Shown here piece after piece: positions 42,896-56,343 of a DNA stretch of 64,000 nucleotides. The position numbers were made by a program, and so were the translations under genes. The stretch is from Deltaproteobacteria bacterium (GTDB lineage: Bacteria; Myxococcota_A; UBA9160; SZUA-336): contig JAJDAJ010000054.1 in NCBI GenBank assembly GCA_029261925.1, positions 2,670 through 66,669 of the forward strand, read 5' to 3'. Each line of letters starts with the position of its first letter. Position 1 is the first letter of the stretch. Below the pieces are notes generated by a model. It worked only from the letters and a program-made list of their open reading frames with translations. It was not told the DNA's origin and did not search any database.

Positions 42896-43210
42896 TCAGC
42901 TGCCGGCGCCGGGCTCGCCGTCGGGCCCCCGGCGCTCCTCGATCCGCTCCTTGAGCTCCTTGCCCACCTTGAAGAACGGCGTGCGCTTGGCGGGGATCTT
43001 GACCTCCTCGCCCGTCTTCGGATTGCGACCCTCGCGGGCCTCGCGAATCTTGACCTGGAAGCTGCCGAAGCCGCGGATCTCGATCCGATCGCCCTCCTTG
43101 AGCGACTCGGTCATGCTGTCGAAGATCGTGTTGACCACGGTCTCCGTGTCCTTCTTGGAGATGTGCGGGACGCGCAGCGCCACACGCTCGATCAGATCGC
43201 TCTTGGTCAT
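42896..43210 (-). CDS. ihfB: Integration host factor beta subunit
   Basis: MTKSDLIE, RIEIRGFGSF, GRNPKTGE, FKVGKELKER. Confidence 0.95.
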   Translation of the reverse strand: MTKSDLIERVALRVPHISKKDTETVVNTIFDSMTESLKEGDRIEIRGFGSFQVKIREAREGRNPKTGEEVKIPAKRTPFFKVGKELKERIEERRGPDGEPGAGS

Positions 43211-43261
43211 CTACGAAGCGCCCCCACTCGCGTTCCGTCTCGCGGCCGTTCAGGATCCCGC

Positions 43262-44980
43262 CTAGTCGTCGTCGTCGTCGTCAGCGCGCCGCAGCTGGCT
43301 GAGCGCGTCCTGCGACAGCAGGTCGCCCAGCGTGGCCTTCTCGGTCCCGGCCTGGCGGGCCACCCGCTGGATCGCGGAGCGCTCCTCGCGCTCCTCGATC
43401 GCTCGCATCGACAGGGCGATCTTCTGCTCGGACGCGTCGATGCGCACGATCAGCGCCTCGACCTCCTCACCCACCTTCACCACCGTGCGGTGGTCGTCGA
43501 TGTTCTTGCCGACCTCGGACGAGTAGACCAGGCCCTCGATCCCCTCCTCGATCTCCACGAAGACGCCGAAATCGACGATGCTGGTGACCTTGCCCTTGAG
43601 CTTGGTGCCGATCGGGTACTTGGCCGGGATCTGCTCCCAGGGATTGCGCTCGAGCTGCTTGACGCCCAGCGAGAACTTCTCGTTCTCGATGTCGACCTTG
43701 AGCACCACGGCCTCGAGCTCGTCACCCTTGTTGAAGTGGTCCTTCGGGTCGCGGATCTTCTGCGTCCAGGAGATGTCGGACACGTGGATCAGGCCGTCGA
43801 TTCCGTCCTCGATACCGACGAAGACGCCGAAGTTGGTCACGTTGCGGACCGTGCCCTTGACCCGGGTGCCGGGCGGATAGCGCTCCTCGAGCATCGACCA
43901 CGGGTTCGGCTCGATCTGCTTCATACCCAGCGAGATCTTCCGGTTGACCTCATCGACGTCCAGCACGATCACGTCGGTCTCGTCGCCGATCGCCACCACC
44001 TTCGAGGGGTGCTTGACGCGCTTGGTCCAGCTCATCTCCGAGATGTGGATCAGGCCCTCGATGCCCGGCTGCAGCTCGATGAACGCACCATAATCGGCCA
44101 GCGAGACCACCTTGCCGGTGATCCGCTTGCCGATCGGGTAGTGCATGCCGACCTCGCCCCACGGATCGGGCTGCGTCTGCTTCAGACCCAGGCTGACCCG
44201 CTCGCTCTCGGCGTCGAACTTCAGCACGCGCACGCGCACCGTGTCGCCGACCTGGAAGAGCTCCGACGGGTGCGCGATCCGGCCCCACGACATGTCCGTG
44301 ATGTGCAGCAGGCCGTCGATGCCGCCCAGGTCCACGAACGCACCGTAGTCGGTGATGTTCTTGATGATGCCCTCGACGACCAGACCCTCCTGGAGGATCT
44401 CGAGCGTCTTCTCGCGCAGCGACTGGCGCTCGGTCTCGAGCAGCGCACGCCGCGAGAGCACGATGTTGCCGCGGCGCTTGTTGAACTTGATGATCTTGAA
44501 CTTGTGCAGCTCGCCGATCATCCGGTCCAGGTTGCGCACGGGGCGCAGGTCGACCTGGCTACCGGGGAGGAACGCCTTGACGCCCTTGATGTTGACCGAG
44601 AGGCCGCCCTTGACCCGACCCGTGATGACGCCCTCGACCACCTGCGAGTCGTCGTAGGCCCCCGACAGCTGGTCCCAGACGCGGAGCTTGTCGGCCTTCT
44701 CCTTGGAGAGCACGACCTGGCCGTCCTCGTTCTCGGCCTGCTCGACGAGCACCTCGACCTGGTCGCCCGGCTTGATGTGGGCGATGCCCCGGGAGTCGGC
44801 GAACTCCCATGTGGGGATCACGCCCTCGGACTTGGTGCCGACGTCCACGAGGACCTGCTCGGGGTCCACGCTCAGGACCTTGCCGGCGACGACCTCGCCT
44901 TCCTTGACCAGGTGGCTCGTCTTCTCGAACAGATCCGCGAAGCTCTCCTCCGCGGCGGGTGGCTGGACTTGTTCGGTCAT
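43262..44980 (-). CDS. rpsA: 30S ribosomal protein S1
   Basis: Six S1 repeats (AFLPGSQVD, DYGAFVDLGGIDGLLHITDMSW). Confidence 0.98.
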   Translation of the reverse strand: MTEQVQPPAAEESFADLFEKTSHLVKEGEVVAGKVLSVDPEQVLVDVGTKSEGVIPTWEFADSRGIAHIKPGDQVEVLVEQAENEDGQVVLSKEKADKLRVWDQLSGAYDDSQVVEGVITGRVKGGLSVNIKGVKAFLPGSQVDLRPVRNLDRMIGELHKFKIIKFNKRRGNIVLSRRALLETERQSLREKTLEILQEGLVVEGIIKNITDYGAFVDLGGIDGLLHITDMSWGRIAHPSELFQVGDTVRVRVLKFDAESERVSLGLKQTQPDPWGEVGMHYPIGKRITGKVVSLADYGAFIELQPGIEGLIHISEMSWTKRVKHPSKVVAIGDETDVIVLDVDEVNRKISLGMKQIEPNPWSMLEERYPPGTRVKGTVRNVTNFGVFVGIEDGIDGLIHVSDISWTQKIRDPKDHFNKGDELEAVVLKVDIENEKFSLGVKQLERNPWEQIPAKYPIGTKLKGKVTSIVDFGVFVEIEEGIEGLVYSSEVGKNIDDHRTVVKVGEEVEALIVRIDASEQKIALSMRAIEEREERSAIQRVARQAGTEKATLGDLLSQDALSQLRRADDDDDD

Positions 44981-45059
44981 GCTTCCTCTTGCTTCCGGTC
45001 TCGCCGCGACCGACTTCCCGTCGGCCCGGCCGGTTTCCCTGGTGTCTCGCCGCGGGGGA

Positions 45060-45875
45060 TCACGGCAGTTTCTCCGAGCGCTCTCGGGCCTCTTCGAGCG
45101 CCTGCTCCAGCGCCACGCGATCTCCTCGCTCCAGAGCCCCGAGAATCCCCTTCAAACTGGACTGGAAGCGCGCCATCTCTTCGGCGACGCGCTCCCGGTT
45201 CATGAGCAGAATCTCGCACCACAGCTTGGGGTTGCCGCGGGCGATGCGGATGAAATCATGCAATCCCGGCCCGGCCCACGCGAGCACCTCCTCGCCGGGC
45301 AGGCCCCGGGCGAAGGCGAAGGCTATCACGTGAGGCGCGTGTGACAGCGCAGCCGTGATGGCATCGTGATCCTCGGGCGTACGTCGGACCGTAAGTGCGC
45401 CGAGACACTGCCAGAATTGTTCGATCCGGTCCACCACCGACGGGCTCTCGGTGCCCGCCGGCGTGACGAAGCAGGTCCGGCCCTCGAACAGGTCCGCCCG
45501 GGCAGCCCCCAGCCCCGAGGCGTGGCCGCCCGCCATCGGATGCGCCCCCACACATCTCTCCGGATGCGAGAGGCAACGCCGGGCCAGCTCCGCCATCGGG
45601 CCCTTCACGCTGGCCACGTCGGTCAGGAGCGTCTCCGGGCCCAGGTGAGGCGCCAGACCGGTCAGTACGCCCTCCATGGCGTCGACCGGGACCGCCAGCA
45701 CGACCAGGTCGGCCCAGCGGGCCGCCTCGGCCAGCTCGATCAGCGGGATGTCCCCGGCGCTCTCCAGGTAGGGATCGACTCCGCGGATCTCGGCCGCCGC
45801 GCCGTGCTTGCGCGCGGCCAGCGCCACCGAGCCGCCGAGCAGCCCGAGCCCGACCACCGCCAGCCGCCCGATCAA
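45060..45875 (-). CDS. tyrA: Prephenate/arogenate dehydrogenase
   Basis: VGLGLLGGS, TDVASVK, HPMAG, HDAITAALSHAPH. Confidence 0.9.
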   Translation of the reverse strand: MIGRLAVVGLGLLGGSVALAARKHGAAAEIRGVDPYLESAGDIPLIELAEAARWADLVVLAVPVDAMEGVLTGLAPHLGPETLLTDVASVKGPMAELARRCLSHPERCVGAHPMAGGHASGLGAARADLFEGRTCFVTPAGTESPSVVDRIEQFWQCLGALTVRRTPEDHDAITAALSHAPHVIAFAFARGLPGEEVLAWAGPGLHDFIRIARGNPKLWCEILLMNRERVAEEMARFQSSLKGILGALERGDRVALEQALEEARERSEKLP

Positions 45876-46972
45876 CGTCCCAGCTCCAGGCGCAGCGCCT
45901 CCAGGAAGCGCTCGTTCTCCTCCGGGACCCCGACCGTCACGCGCAGGTGCCGCTCCAGCCCGAAGCCGGCCATCGGCCGGGTGATGACGCCGCGTCGGAG
46001 CAGCCCGTCATAGATCTCCGCCGCCCCGGGACCGACCTCGATCAGCAGGAAGTTCGCGTCGCTGGGGGCGTAGCCCAGGCCCAGCGCACGCGCTCCGGCC
46101 TCGAGCTGCTCCAGACCCGCGTGCGTGAGCTTGCGCACGCGCTCCACGTGCGCAGCGTCGGCCAGCGCCGCGCGCGCCGCGACCTGCGCCAGGCTGTTCA
46201 CATTGAACGGGTGGCGCGCGCGCGCCAGGAACCCGATCAGCTCCGCGTCCCCCACGCCGTAGCCCACCCGCAGCCCGGCCAGCCCGTGGATCTTCGAGAA
46301 GGTGCGCAGCACCACGAGCGTGCGGCGGCGCTCGAGCGCGCCGATCGCGTCGGGAAAGTCGGTCCGGCGCACGTACTCGAAGTAGGCCTCGTCGGCCACG
46401 ACGATCACGCGCTCGGGGATGCCGTCGAGCAGCCGCTCGAAGTCAGCGGCACCGATCGAGATCCCCGTCGGATTGTTGGGATTGGCCAGGAAGAGCACGC
46501 GCGTGCGCTCGCCCACGGCCGCGATCAGGGCGTCCACGTCGGCGCGCAGCTCCGCGTCGAGGGGCACCTGCACGGCGCGCGCGTTCGAGGCCGCCGCGAG
46601 GATCGGGTACATGGCGAAGCTCGGCCAGGCGAACAGGCACTCGTCGCCCGACGCGAGGAAGCAGCGTCCCAGCAGGTCGAGGACCTCGTCGGAGCCCGCA
46701 CCGCAGAGCAGCTGCCCGGGCTCCACCCCGAGCGCCGCGGCGAGGTCCTGCTTGAGGTACGGCGCGTCGTCCTCGGGGTAGCGGTGCAGGCCCCCGAGCT
46801 CCGCGCGCAGGGCCTCGATCACGCGCTCCGACGGCCCCAGCGGGGCCTCGTTGCTCGCCAGCTTGATCGAGCCCCGGATGCCCAGCTCCCGCTCCAGCTG
46901 CTCGATCGGCTTGCCCGGCTGGTAGGGCCGCAGCTCGCGGACGTGCGCGTTGACGAGGTCGGCGAGCTTCAC
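45872..46972 (-). CDS. hisC: Histidinol-phosphate / aromatic aminotransferase
   Basis: YQPGKP, KLASNE, NPNNPTG, DEAY, RTFSKIHGLAGLRVGY. Confidence 0.95.
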   Translation of the reverse strand: MKLADLVNAHVRELRPYQPGKPIEQLERELGIRGSIKLASNEAPLGPSERVIEALRAELGGLHRYPEDDAPYLKQDLAAALGVEPGQLLCGAGSDEVLDLLGRCFLASGDECLFAWPSFAMYPILAAASNARAVQVPLDAELRADVDALIAAVGERTRVLFLANPNNPTGISIGAADFERLLDGIPERVIVVADEAYFEYVRRTDFPDAIGALERRRTLVVLRTFSKIHGLAGLRVGYGVGDAELIGFLARARHPFNVNSLAQVAARAALADAAHVERVRKLTHAGLEQLEAGARALGLGYAPSDANFLLIEVGPGAAEIYDGLLRRGVITRPMAGFGLERHLRVTVGVPEENERFLEALRLELGR

Positions 46973-48057
46973 GACGACGCCTGCGGGTAGCTGCCGAGGA
47001 CCTTCACGAACTCGCAGCGCGGCCGCAGCTCGTCGATCGCGCGCGCCACCACCGGATCCTGGGCGTGGCCCTCGAAGTCGCAGAAGAAGACGTACTCCCA
47101 GGCGCGCACCCGCGTCGGCCGCGACTCGATCCGCGTCAGGTTCACGCCGTTGTGCGCGAACGGCTCGAGCGCGCGGTACAGGGCACCGCTCTGGTCGCGC
47201 TTGATCGAGAACAGGATCGAGGTGATGTCGCGATCGCTGGGCGGCGGAGCGCTGCGGCTGATCACCAGGAAGCGGGTCGTGTTGTCGGGGTTGTCCTCGA
47301 TGCCCGAGCGCACGATCTCGAGGCCGTAGATCTCGGCCGCGGCCGGGCTCGCGATCGCCGCGGCTCCGGCCTGGCCGACGACCCGCTCCGCGGCCGCCGC
47401 CGTCGACGCGGTGGTGTGCTGCTGCGCCGACGGCAGGTTCAGCTCGAGCCAGCCGCGGCACTGCGCGAGCCCCTGCGGGTGCGAGTAGACGTCGCGGATC
47501 GCCTCCAGGCCCGGGTCGCTGGCCAGCAGATCGTGATGGATCGCCACGTGGATCTCGGCGCAGATGACCAGCGGGGAGTCGACCAGGAGGTCGAGGGTGT
47601 GGCTGACCACGCCCTCGTTGCTGTTCTCGACGGGCACCACGCCGAACTCGGCGCTGCCCGCCTCGACCCGCTCGAAGATCTCGTCGGTGGTGCCGGTCGG
47701 CCCCAGCTCGGCCATCTGCCCGAACTGCTGGATCGCGGCCTGGTGCGTGTACGTGGCCCGCGGTCCCAGGTAGGCCACGCGCACCCCGCGCTGCAGCGCG
47801 ATCGACGCCGAGATGATCTCGCGGAAGACCTTCCGGATCGCCGGCGTCGGGAACGGCCCGGGGTTGCGACGCTCGAGCCGCTCGAAGATCTCGAGCTCGC
47901 GTCCGGGCACGAACGGCGTGTCGGCCGCGATCTGCCGCTTGAGCTGGCCGATCTCCGCGTTGCACCTCGCCCGCTCGTTGAGCAGCTCCAGGAGCCGGTC
48001 ATCGAGGGCGTCGATCTTCTCGCGCCAGGCCTTGATCTCGTCGCGCGGGTCGCTCAC
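46969..48057 (-). CDS. pheA: Chorismate mutase / prephenate dehydratase
   Basis: REKIDALD CM domain, VPVENSNEG, SHPQGLAQC, NTTRF, LTRIESRP. Confidence 0.96.
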   Translation of the reverse strand: MSDPRDEIKAWREKIDALDDRLLELLNERARCNAEIGQLKRQIAADTPFVPGRELEIFERLERRNPGPFPTPAIRKVFREIISASIALQRGVRVAYLGPRATYTHQAAIQQFGQMAELGPTGTTDEIFERVEAGSAEFGVVPVENSNEGVVSHTLDLLVDSPLVICAEIHVAIHHDLLASDPGLEAIRDVYSHPQGLAQCRGWLELNLPSAQQHTTASTAAAAERVVGQAGAAAIASPAAAEIYGLEIVRSGIEDNPDNTTRFLVISRSAPPPSDRDITSILFSIKRDQSGALYRALEPFAHNGVNLTRIESRPTRVRAWEYVFFCDFEGHAQDPVVARAIDELRPRCEFVKVLGSYPQASS

Positions 48058-48188
48058 GGCGCGCAAGCATACCCCAGCCTTTCCGGCACGCCAATAGATT
48101 CCCCTTCTAGGTCGCGCACTTGGGGCGTACCCCGGGAACCGCCGGGGCGCGGCCCCGGCGCCGGGCCGCGCGTGTACACTCGCGCGCC

Positions 48189-48827
48189 ATGGGATCGGTC
48201 CTCATCGGCCTCACCGGGGGCATCGGCACGGGCAAGTCGCGGGTCGCCGACCTGCTCACGGAGCTGGGCGCCGCGGTCGAGTGCTCCGATCTGATCGTGC
48301 GCGAGCTGCAGGCTCCCGGAGCGCCGGCGCTCGAGGCCATCCGGGCGGAGTTCGGGACGGAGTACATCACCGCGGGTGGCGAGCTCGACCGGCCGAAGCT
48401 CGGCGCCCTGGTCTTCGGCGATGCCGAGGCGCGCGGCCGGCTCAACGCCCTGATGCACCCGCTGGTCACCGACGAGCTGCGCCGGCGCGCCGAGCGCCAG
48501 CAGGACGCCGGCGTGCCCGTGGTCGTCGTCGACATCCCCCTGCTGCTCGAGGGACGGCGCTCGGGGACCGGCGCGGGCGCGGTGCTGCCCTTCGACGAGA
48601 TCGTGGTGGTCTACGCGAGCGAGACCCAGCAGATCGAGCGCGTGATGGCGCGCGACGGCCTCGACGCCGACGCCGCCCGCGCGCGTGTTGCGGCGCAGAT
48701 GTCGATCGAGGACAAGCGCGCGTTCCCGGGCGTGATCGTGGTCGACAACACCGGCGACTGGTCGGTCACCGAGAAGCAGGTGCGCGAGCTGCACGCGCGC
48801 TGGGTCGCGGAGGCCGGCGCGCGCTGA
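48189..48827 (+). CDS. coaE: Dephospho-CoA kinase
   Basis: IGLTGGIGTGKS, LDRPKLG, DIPLLLE. Confidence 0.93.
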   Translation: MGSVLIGLTGGIGTGKSRVADLLTELGAAVECSDLIVRELQAPGAPALEAIRAEFGTEYITAGGELDRPKLGALVFGDAEARGRLNALMHPLVTDELRRRAERQQDAGVPVVVVDIPLLLEGRRSGTGAGAVLPFDEIVVVYASETQQIERVMARDGLDADAARARVAAQMSIEDKRAFPGVIVVDNTGDWSVTEKQVRELHARWVAEAGAR

Positions 48828-48834
48828 GCGACGC

Positions 48835-49667
48835 TCAGCCGGCCCGGGCGTCGCGCACGGCGGCGGCGAGCTCGCGCACGAACGACCCGGCGGCGGCGAT
48901 CGCCGTCGACGGGCTGTCCGCCCGACCGATGCGTTCGACCAGCGCGCTGCCCACGATCACACCGTCGGCAATCCGCGCGACCCGCGCCGCATGTGCGGGG
49001 GTCGAGATGCCGAAGCCCACGCACACCGGCGTGGAGGTCACGCGCTGGAGGCGGCCCACCAGCTCCGAGAGATCGTCGGCGAGCTCGGTGCGCGCGCCGG
49101 TCACGCCCGTCACGCTGACGCAGTAGACGAAGCCGCGCGCGCCGTGCGCGATCCGCACCACGCGCTCCGGGGTGCTGGTCGGCGCGCACAGCGGGATCCG
49201 GTGGACCCCGGCCGCGGCGCAGGCCTGCGAGAGCAGCGGCCTCTCCTCGAACGGCGTATCGGCCAGGATCAGGCCGTCCACGCCCACCCGGGCGCAGTCG
49301 CGCGCCAGCCGCTCCTCCCCGTGGCTCAGCACGTTGTTCAGGTAGCCCATGAGCAGCAGCGGGACCTGCGAGACCTGGCGCACCGCCTGCACCGTGGCGA
49401 TCACCTGGTCCAGCCGCGTGCGATGCTGGAGCGAGCGCAGCGAGGAGAGCTGGATGGTCGGTCCCTCCCCGATCGGATCACTGTGCGGCACCCCGAGCTC
49501 CACGATGTCGGCACCGGCGCGCTCCAGCTCGAAGACCAGCTCGGCCGTGGTCTCCAGGTCGGGGTCCCCGGCGGTCACGAAGACCACGAGCGCGGCGCGC
49601 CCCTCGTGGCGCAGGCGCTCGAAGCAGGCGTCGATCCGGTTCGAGCCGGCGCTCGCCGGCGCGGCGC

Positions 49668-49671
<4 letters not shown>
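48835..49671 (-). CDS. trpA: Tryptophan synthase alpha chain
   Basis: [42 protein letters not shown]. Confidence 0.96.
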
Positions 49672-51460
<1,789 letters not shown>

Positions 51461-51464
<4 letters not shown>

Positions 51465-52240
51465 CTCGCTCCCCTCAGCTCGCGCAGCGCCTCGCCGGGC
51501 TCGGCCGCGCGCATCAGCGCCTCGCCGACCAGGAAGGCGCCCACCCCCAGCGCATCCAGGTCCCGGAGCACGGCGGCCGAGTCCAGCCCGCTCTCGCTGA
51601 CCAGGGTGACGCCGCCGGCCAGCGGCGCGAGCCGGCGCGTCACCGCGACGTCGGTCGCGAAGCTGCGGAGATCGCGATTGTTGATCCCCACCAGGTCCGC
51701 GCCGCTCGCGAGCGCGCGCTCCATCTCGGCCTCGTCGTGCACCTCGACCAGCACGTCGAGCTCCAGGCCGCGGGCCGCCGCGAGCAGGTCGCGCAGGCGC
51801 GCGTCGTCGAGCGCGGCCACGATCAGCAGCACGGCGTCGGCGCCGGCCGCGCGTGCCTCGAGCAGCTGGAGCGGATCGATGGTGAAGTCCTTGCGCAGCA
51901 CGGGCAGGCTCACGGCGTCGCGCGCGGCGCGCAGATCCTCGAGCGCGCCGCGGAAGAAGTCGCGGTCGGTGAGCACCGAGAGCGCGGCGGCGCCGGCCGC
52001 GGCGTAGGCGCGCGCGATCCCCGCGGGCTTCGCACCCGGCCGGATCTCGCCCTTCGACGGCGATGCGCGCTTGAACTCGGCGATCACGCGCGGCCGCGGT
52101 CCGTCGCGCAGCGCGCGCGCGAAGCCGCGCACCGGGCTGGCCGCCGCGAGGGCCTCGCGCAGCCGCGCCTCGCCCGGGTCGCGGCGCAGCCGGGCAACCT
52201 CCTGCGCCTTGCGCTCCAGGACCTCGTCGAGGATCGTCAC
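51461..52240 (-). CDS. trpC: Indole-3-glycerol phosphate synthase
   Basis: [34 protein letters not shown]. Confidence 0.96.
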
Positions 52241-53253
52241 GCCGCGGGCTCCTGCGTGAACGCCGCGAATCGCTCGAGCAGGCTCGTGGCGGCCCCCGAG
52301 TCGATCGCGTCCGCGGCGACGGCCGCCCCCTCCTCCGGGGTCTCGACCCGACCGGCCACGCAGAGGCAGGCCGCCGCGTTGAGCAGCACCACGTCGCGCC
52401 GCGGACCGCGCTCCCCGGAGAGCACGGCGCGCGCGATCCCGGCGTTCTGTGCGGCGTCGCCGCCGGTCAGATCGCCCTTGCGCCCGACCGGGACCACGCT
52501 GCCGGCCGCGAGCTCGAAGCGGCGCTCGCGGCCCTCCTCCCAGGCGTGCACCAGGGTGGGCGCCTCGATCGAGAGCTCGTCGAGTCCGTCGGTACCGTGC
52601 ACCACCCAGGCGCGCTCGACGCCGAGCTCGACCAGGGCCCGCAGCGTGGGCTCCACGAGCCGCGCGTCGGCCACGCCGATCAGCTGACGGCGCACCCGCA
52701 TCGGATTGGTCAGCGGGCCCAGGCGGTTGAAGATCGTGCGGATCCCGAGTCGCGTGCGGATCGGGGCCACGCGCGCCATGGCAGGGTGGCAGGCGCGCGC
52801 GTACAGGAAGCCCATCCCCACCTCGCGCACCGCGGCCGCCATGCGTGCGGGGGGCGCGTCGAGGTTCACGCCGAGCGCCTCGAGCACCTCGGCGCTGCCG
52901 CACTTGCTGCTCGCCGCGCGATTGCCGTGCTTGGCCACCGGCACGCCGGCGCCCGCGCAGACCAGCGCCGAGACGGTCGAGATGTTGAAGCTGTCCGAGC
53001 CGTCGCCCCCGGTCCCGCAGGTGTCGATCGCGCCCGCCGGCGCGGCCGGGAGCTCCACGGCGAGCTCGCGCATGGCCTCCGCTGCCCCCGCGACCTCGTC
53101 CACGGTCTCGCCGCGCGTGCGCAGCGCCGCGAGCAGCGCGGCGATCTCCACGTCGTCGGCATCGCCGCTCATCAGGGCACGCACCAGCTCGCGCGCCTCG
53201 GAGCGCGTCAGCGTCTCGCCCGCGACCACCCGCTCGAGCGCCGCCCGGATCAT
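52237..53253 (-). CDS. trpD: Anthranilate phosphoribosyltransferase
   Basis: [27 protein letters not shown]. Confidence 0.96.
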   Translation of the reverse strand: MIRAALERVVAGETLTRSEARELVRALMSGDADDVEIAALLAALRTRGETVDEVAGAAEAMRELAVELPAAPAGAIDTCGTGGDGSDSFNISTVSALVCAGAGVPVAKHGNRAASSKCGSAEVLEALGVNLDAPPARMAAAVREVGMGFLYARACHPAMARVAPIRTRLGIRTIFNRLGPLTNPMRVRRQLIGVADARLVEPTLRALVELGVERAWVVHGTDGLDELSIEAPTLVHAWEEGRERRFELAAGSVVPVGRKGDLTGGDAAQNAGIARAVLSGERGPRRDVVLLNAAACLCVAGRVETPEEGAAVAADAIDSGAATSLLERFAAFTQEPAA

Positions 53254-53824
53254 GCCGCCCCCGCCAGGCGCAGGAAGCCGCCGAGCAGCTGCTTGCCCTG
53301 CCCGGTCAGGATCGACTCCGGGTGGAACTGGACGCCCACGACGGCGTGCGTGCGATGGCGCACGCCCATGATCTCGCCGTCGTCGGTCCACGCGGTGACC
53401 TCGAGGGTCCCCGGCAGGCTCGAGCGCTCCAGCGCCAGCGAGTGATAGCGCGTGGCCTCGAACGGCTGCGGCAGTCCCTCGAAGATGCCCCGAGCATCGT
53501 GATGGATCAGCGAGGTCTTGCCGTGCATGAGGCTGCGGGCGGCGATCACGCGCCCCCCGAACGCCGCGCCGATCGACTGGTGCCCCAGGCAGACGCCCAG
53601 GATCGGCAGCTCCCCGGCGTAGCGCCGGATCACGTCCACGCTGATGCCGGCCTCGCGGGGCGTGCACGGCCCGGGTGAGATCACGATGGCCTCCACGCCG
53701 CGCGTGCCGATCTCCTCGACGCCAATGGCGTCGTTGCGAACCACGTCGCAGCCGGCCCCCAGCTCCCCCAGGTACTGCACCAGGTTGAACGTGAACGAGT
53801 CGTAGTTGTCGATCACCAGCAGCT

Positions 53825-53828
<4 letters not shown>
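53250..53828 (-). CDS. trpG: Anthranilate synthase component II (glutamine amidotransferase)
   Basis: [33 protein letters not shown]. Confidence 0.95.
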
Positions 53829-55363
<1,535 letters not shown>

Positions 55364-55427
55364 GGGCCGTTCCTCATGGGGGACGCAGGCTTGCACAGCG
55401 CCCGCGGAGCGTCAACCTGAGCGGCGC

Positions 55428-56330
55428 TCAGGCCGCGATCGCGCCCGAGATCTCGCCGTCGCGGGTCATGCGCACGCTCGGCAGGCCGAGCGCGTCGAGC
55501 CACGCGGGGCCCTCCGGCGCGCCGCGCAGCATGGCGATGGTCGACGCGCTGCCCGCGATCAGGCAGCTCGGGGCCTGCACGCTGACGCAGGTCAGGCCGC
55601 CGTCCGCGGGCCAGCCGGTGCGCGGGTCCAGGATGTGCCCGTAGCGAATGCCGTCCACGAGCATGCAGCGCTCGTAGTCCCCGCTCGAGGCCAGCCCCCC
55701 GCTCGACAGGCGGATCGAGGCCATGGCCGCCCCCGCCTGCCGCGGGTGGCGCACGCCCACGCTCCAGCCCTGCCCGTCGGGTCGCGGCCCGATCACGGCG
55801 AGGTCTCCGCCGAGATCCACCATGCCGTGCTCGACCCCCGCCTCGCGGCAGCAGGCCGCGGCGCGATCCACGGCGTACTCCTTGCCGATGCCCCCGAGGT
55901 CGAGCTCCATGCCGGCGAGCGGCAGGACCAGCCGCGGGGGGGCCCAGGTCAGGCGAGACCAGCCCACCCGCTCCAGCACGGCCGCCACCTCCCCGGCCGC
56001 GGGCACGCAGCCGGAGTGGAAGTCCCAGACCCGGCGCAGCACGCCGGAGGTGATGTCGAAGAGCCCGTCGCTCTGCTCCCAGCAGGTCTGCGCGTAGTCG
56101 AGCAGGTGCGCGGTCTCGGGATCGAGGTCGACGCCCTTGGCGTCGCCGGCGCTGCGATTGATCGCCCCGAGCAGGCTGTCGTCGCGGTAGCGCGAGTACT
56201 TGCGCTCGATGCGAGCGATCTCGGCGCGCGCCGTCCGCGCCGCGCCATCGAGCCGGTCGCGGTCGGGGCCGTAGAGCCGCAGCTCGCAGGGGCTCCCCAT
56301 GGCCCGGAACGTGTAGCGGCCCTCGTTCAC
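55428..56330 (-). CDS. apbE: FAD:protein FMN transferase (no signal peptide)
   Basis: FRAMGS, SDGLFDIT, LDLGGIGKEYAVD, LGGD, ASSGDYER, HILDPRTGWP. Confidence 0.93.
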   Translation of the reverse strand: MNEGRYTFRAMGSPCELRLYGPDRDRLDGAARTARAEIARIERKYSRYRDDSLLGAINRSAGDAKGVDLDPETAHLLDYAQTCWEQSDGLFDITSGVLRRVWDFHSGCVPAAGEVAAVLERVGWSRLTWAPPRLVLPLAGMELDLGGIGKEYAVDRAAACCREAGVEHGMVDLGGDLAVIGPRPDGQGWSVGVRHPRQAGAAMASIRLSSGGLASSGDYERCMLVDGIRYGHILDPRTGWPADGGLTCVSVQAPSCLIAGSASTIAMLRGAPEGPAWLDALGLPSVRMTRDGEISGAIAA

Positions 56331-56343
56331 GCCGCCGCGTGCC

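Noticed and set aside
43265-43283. (GTC)n repeat
   Set aside because: Encodes the poly-Asp tail of RpsA.
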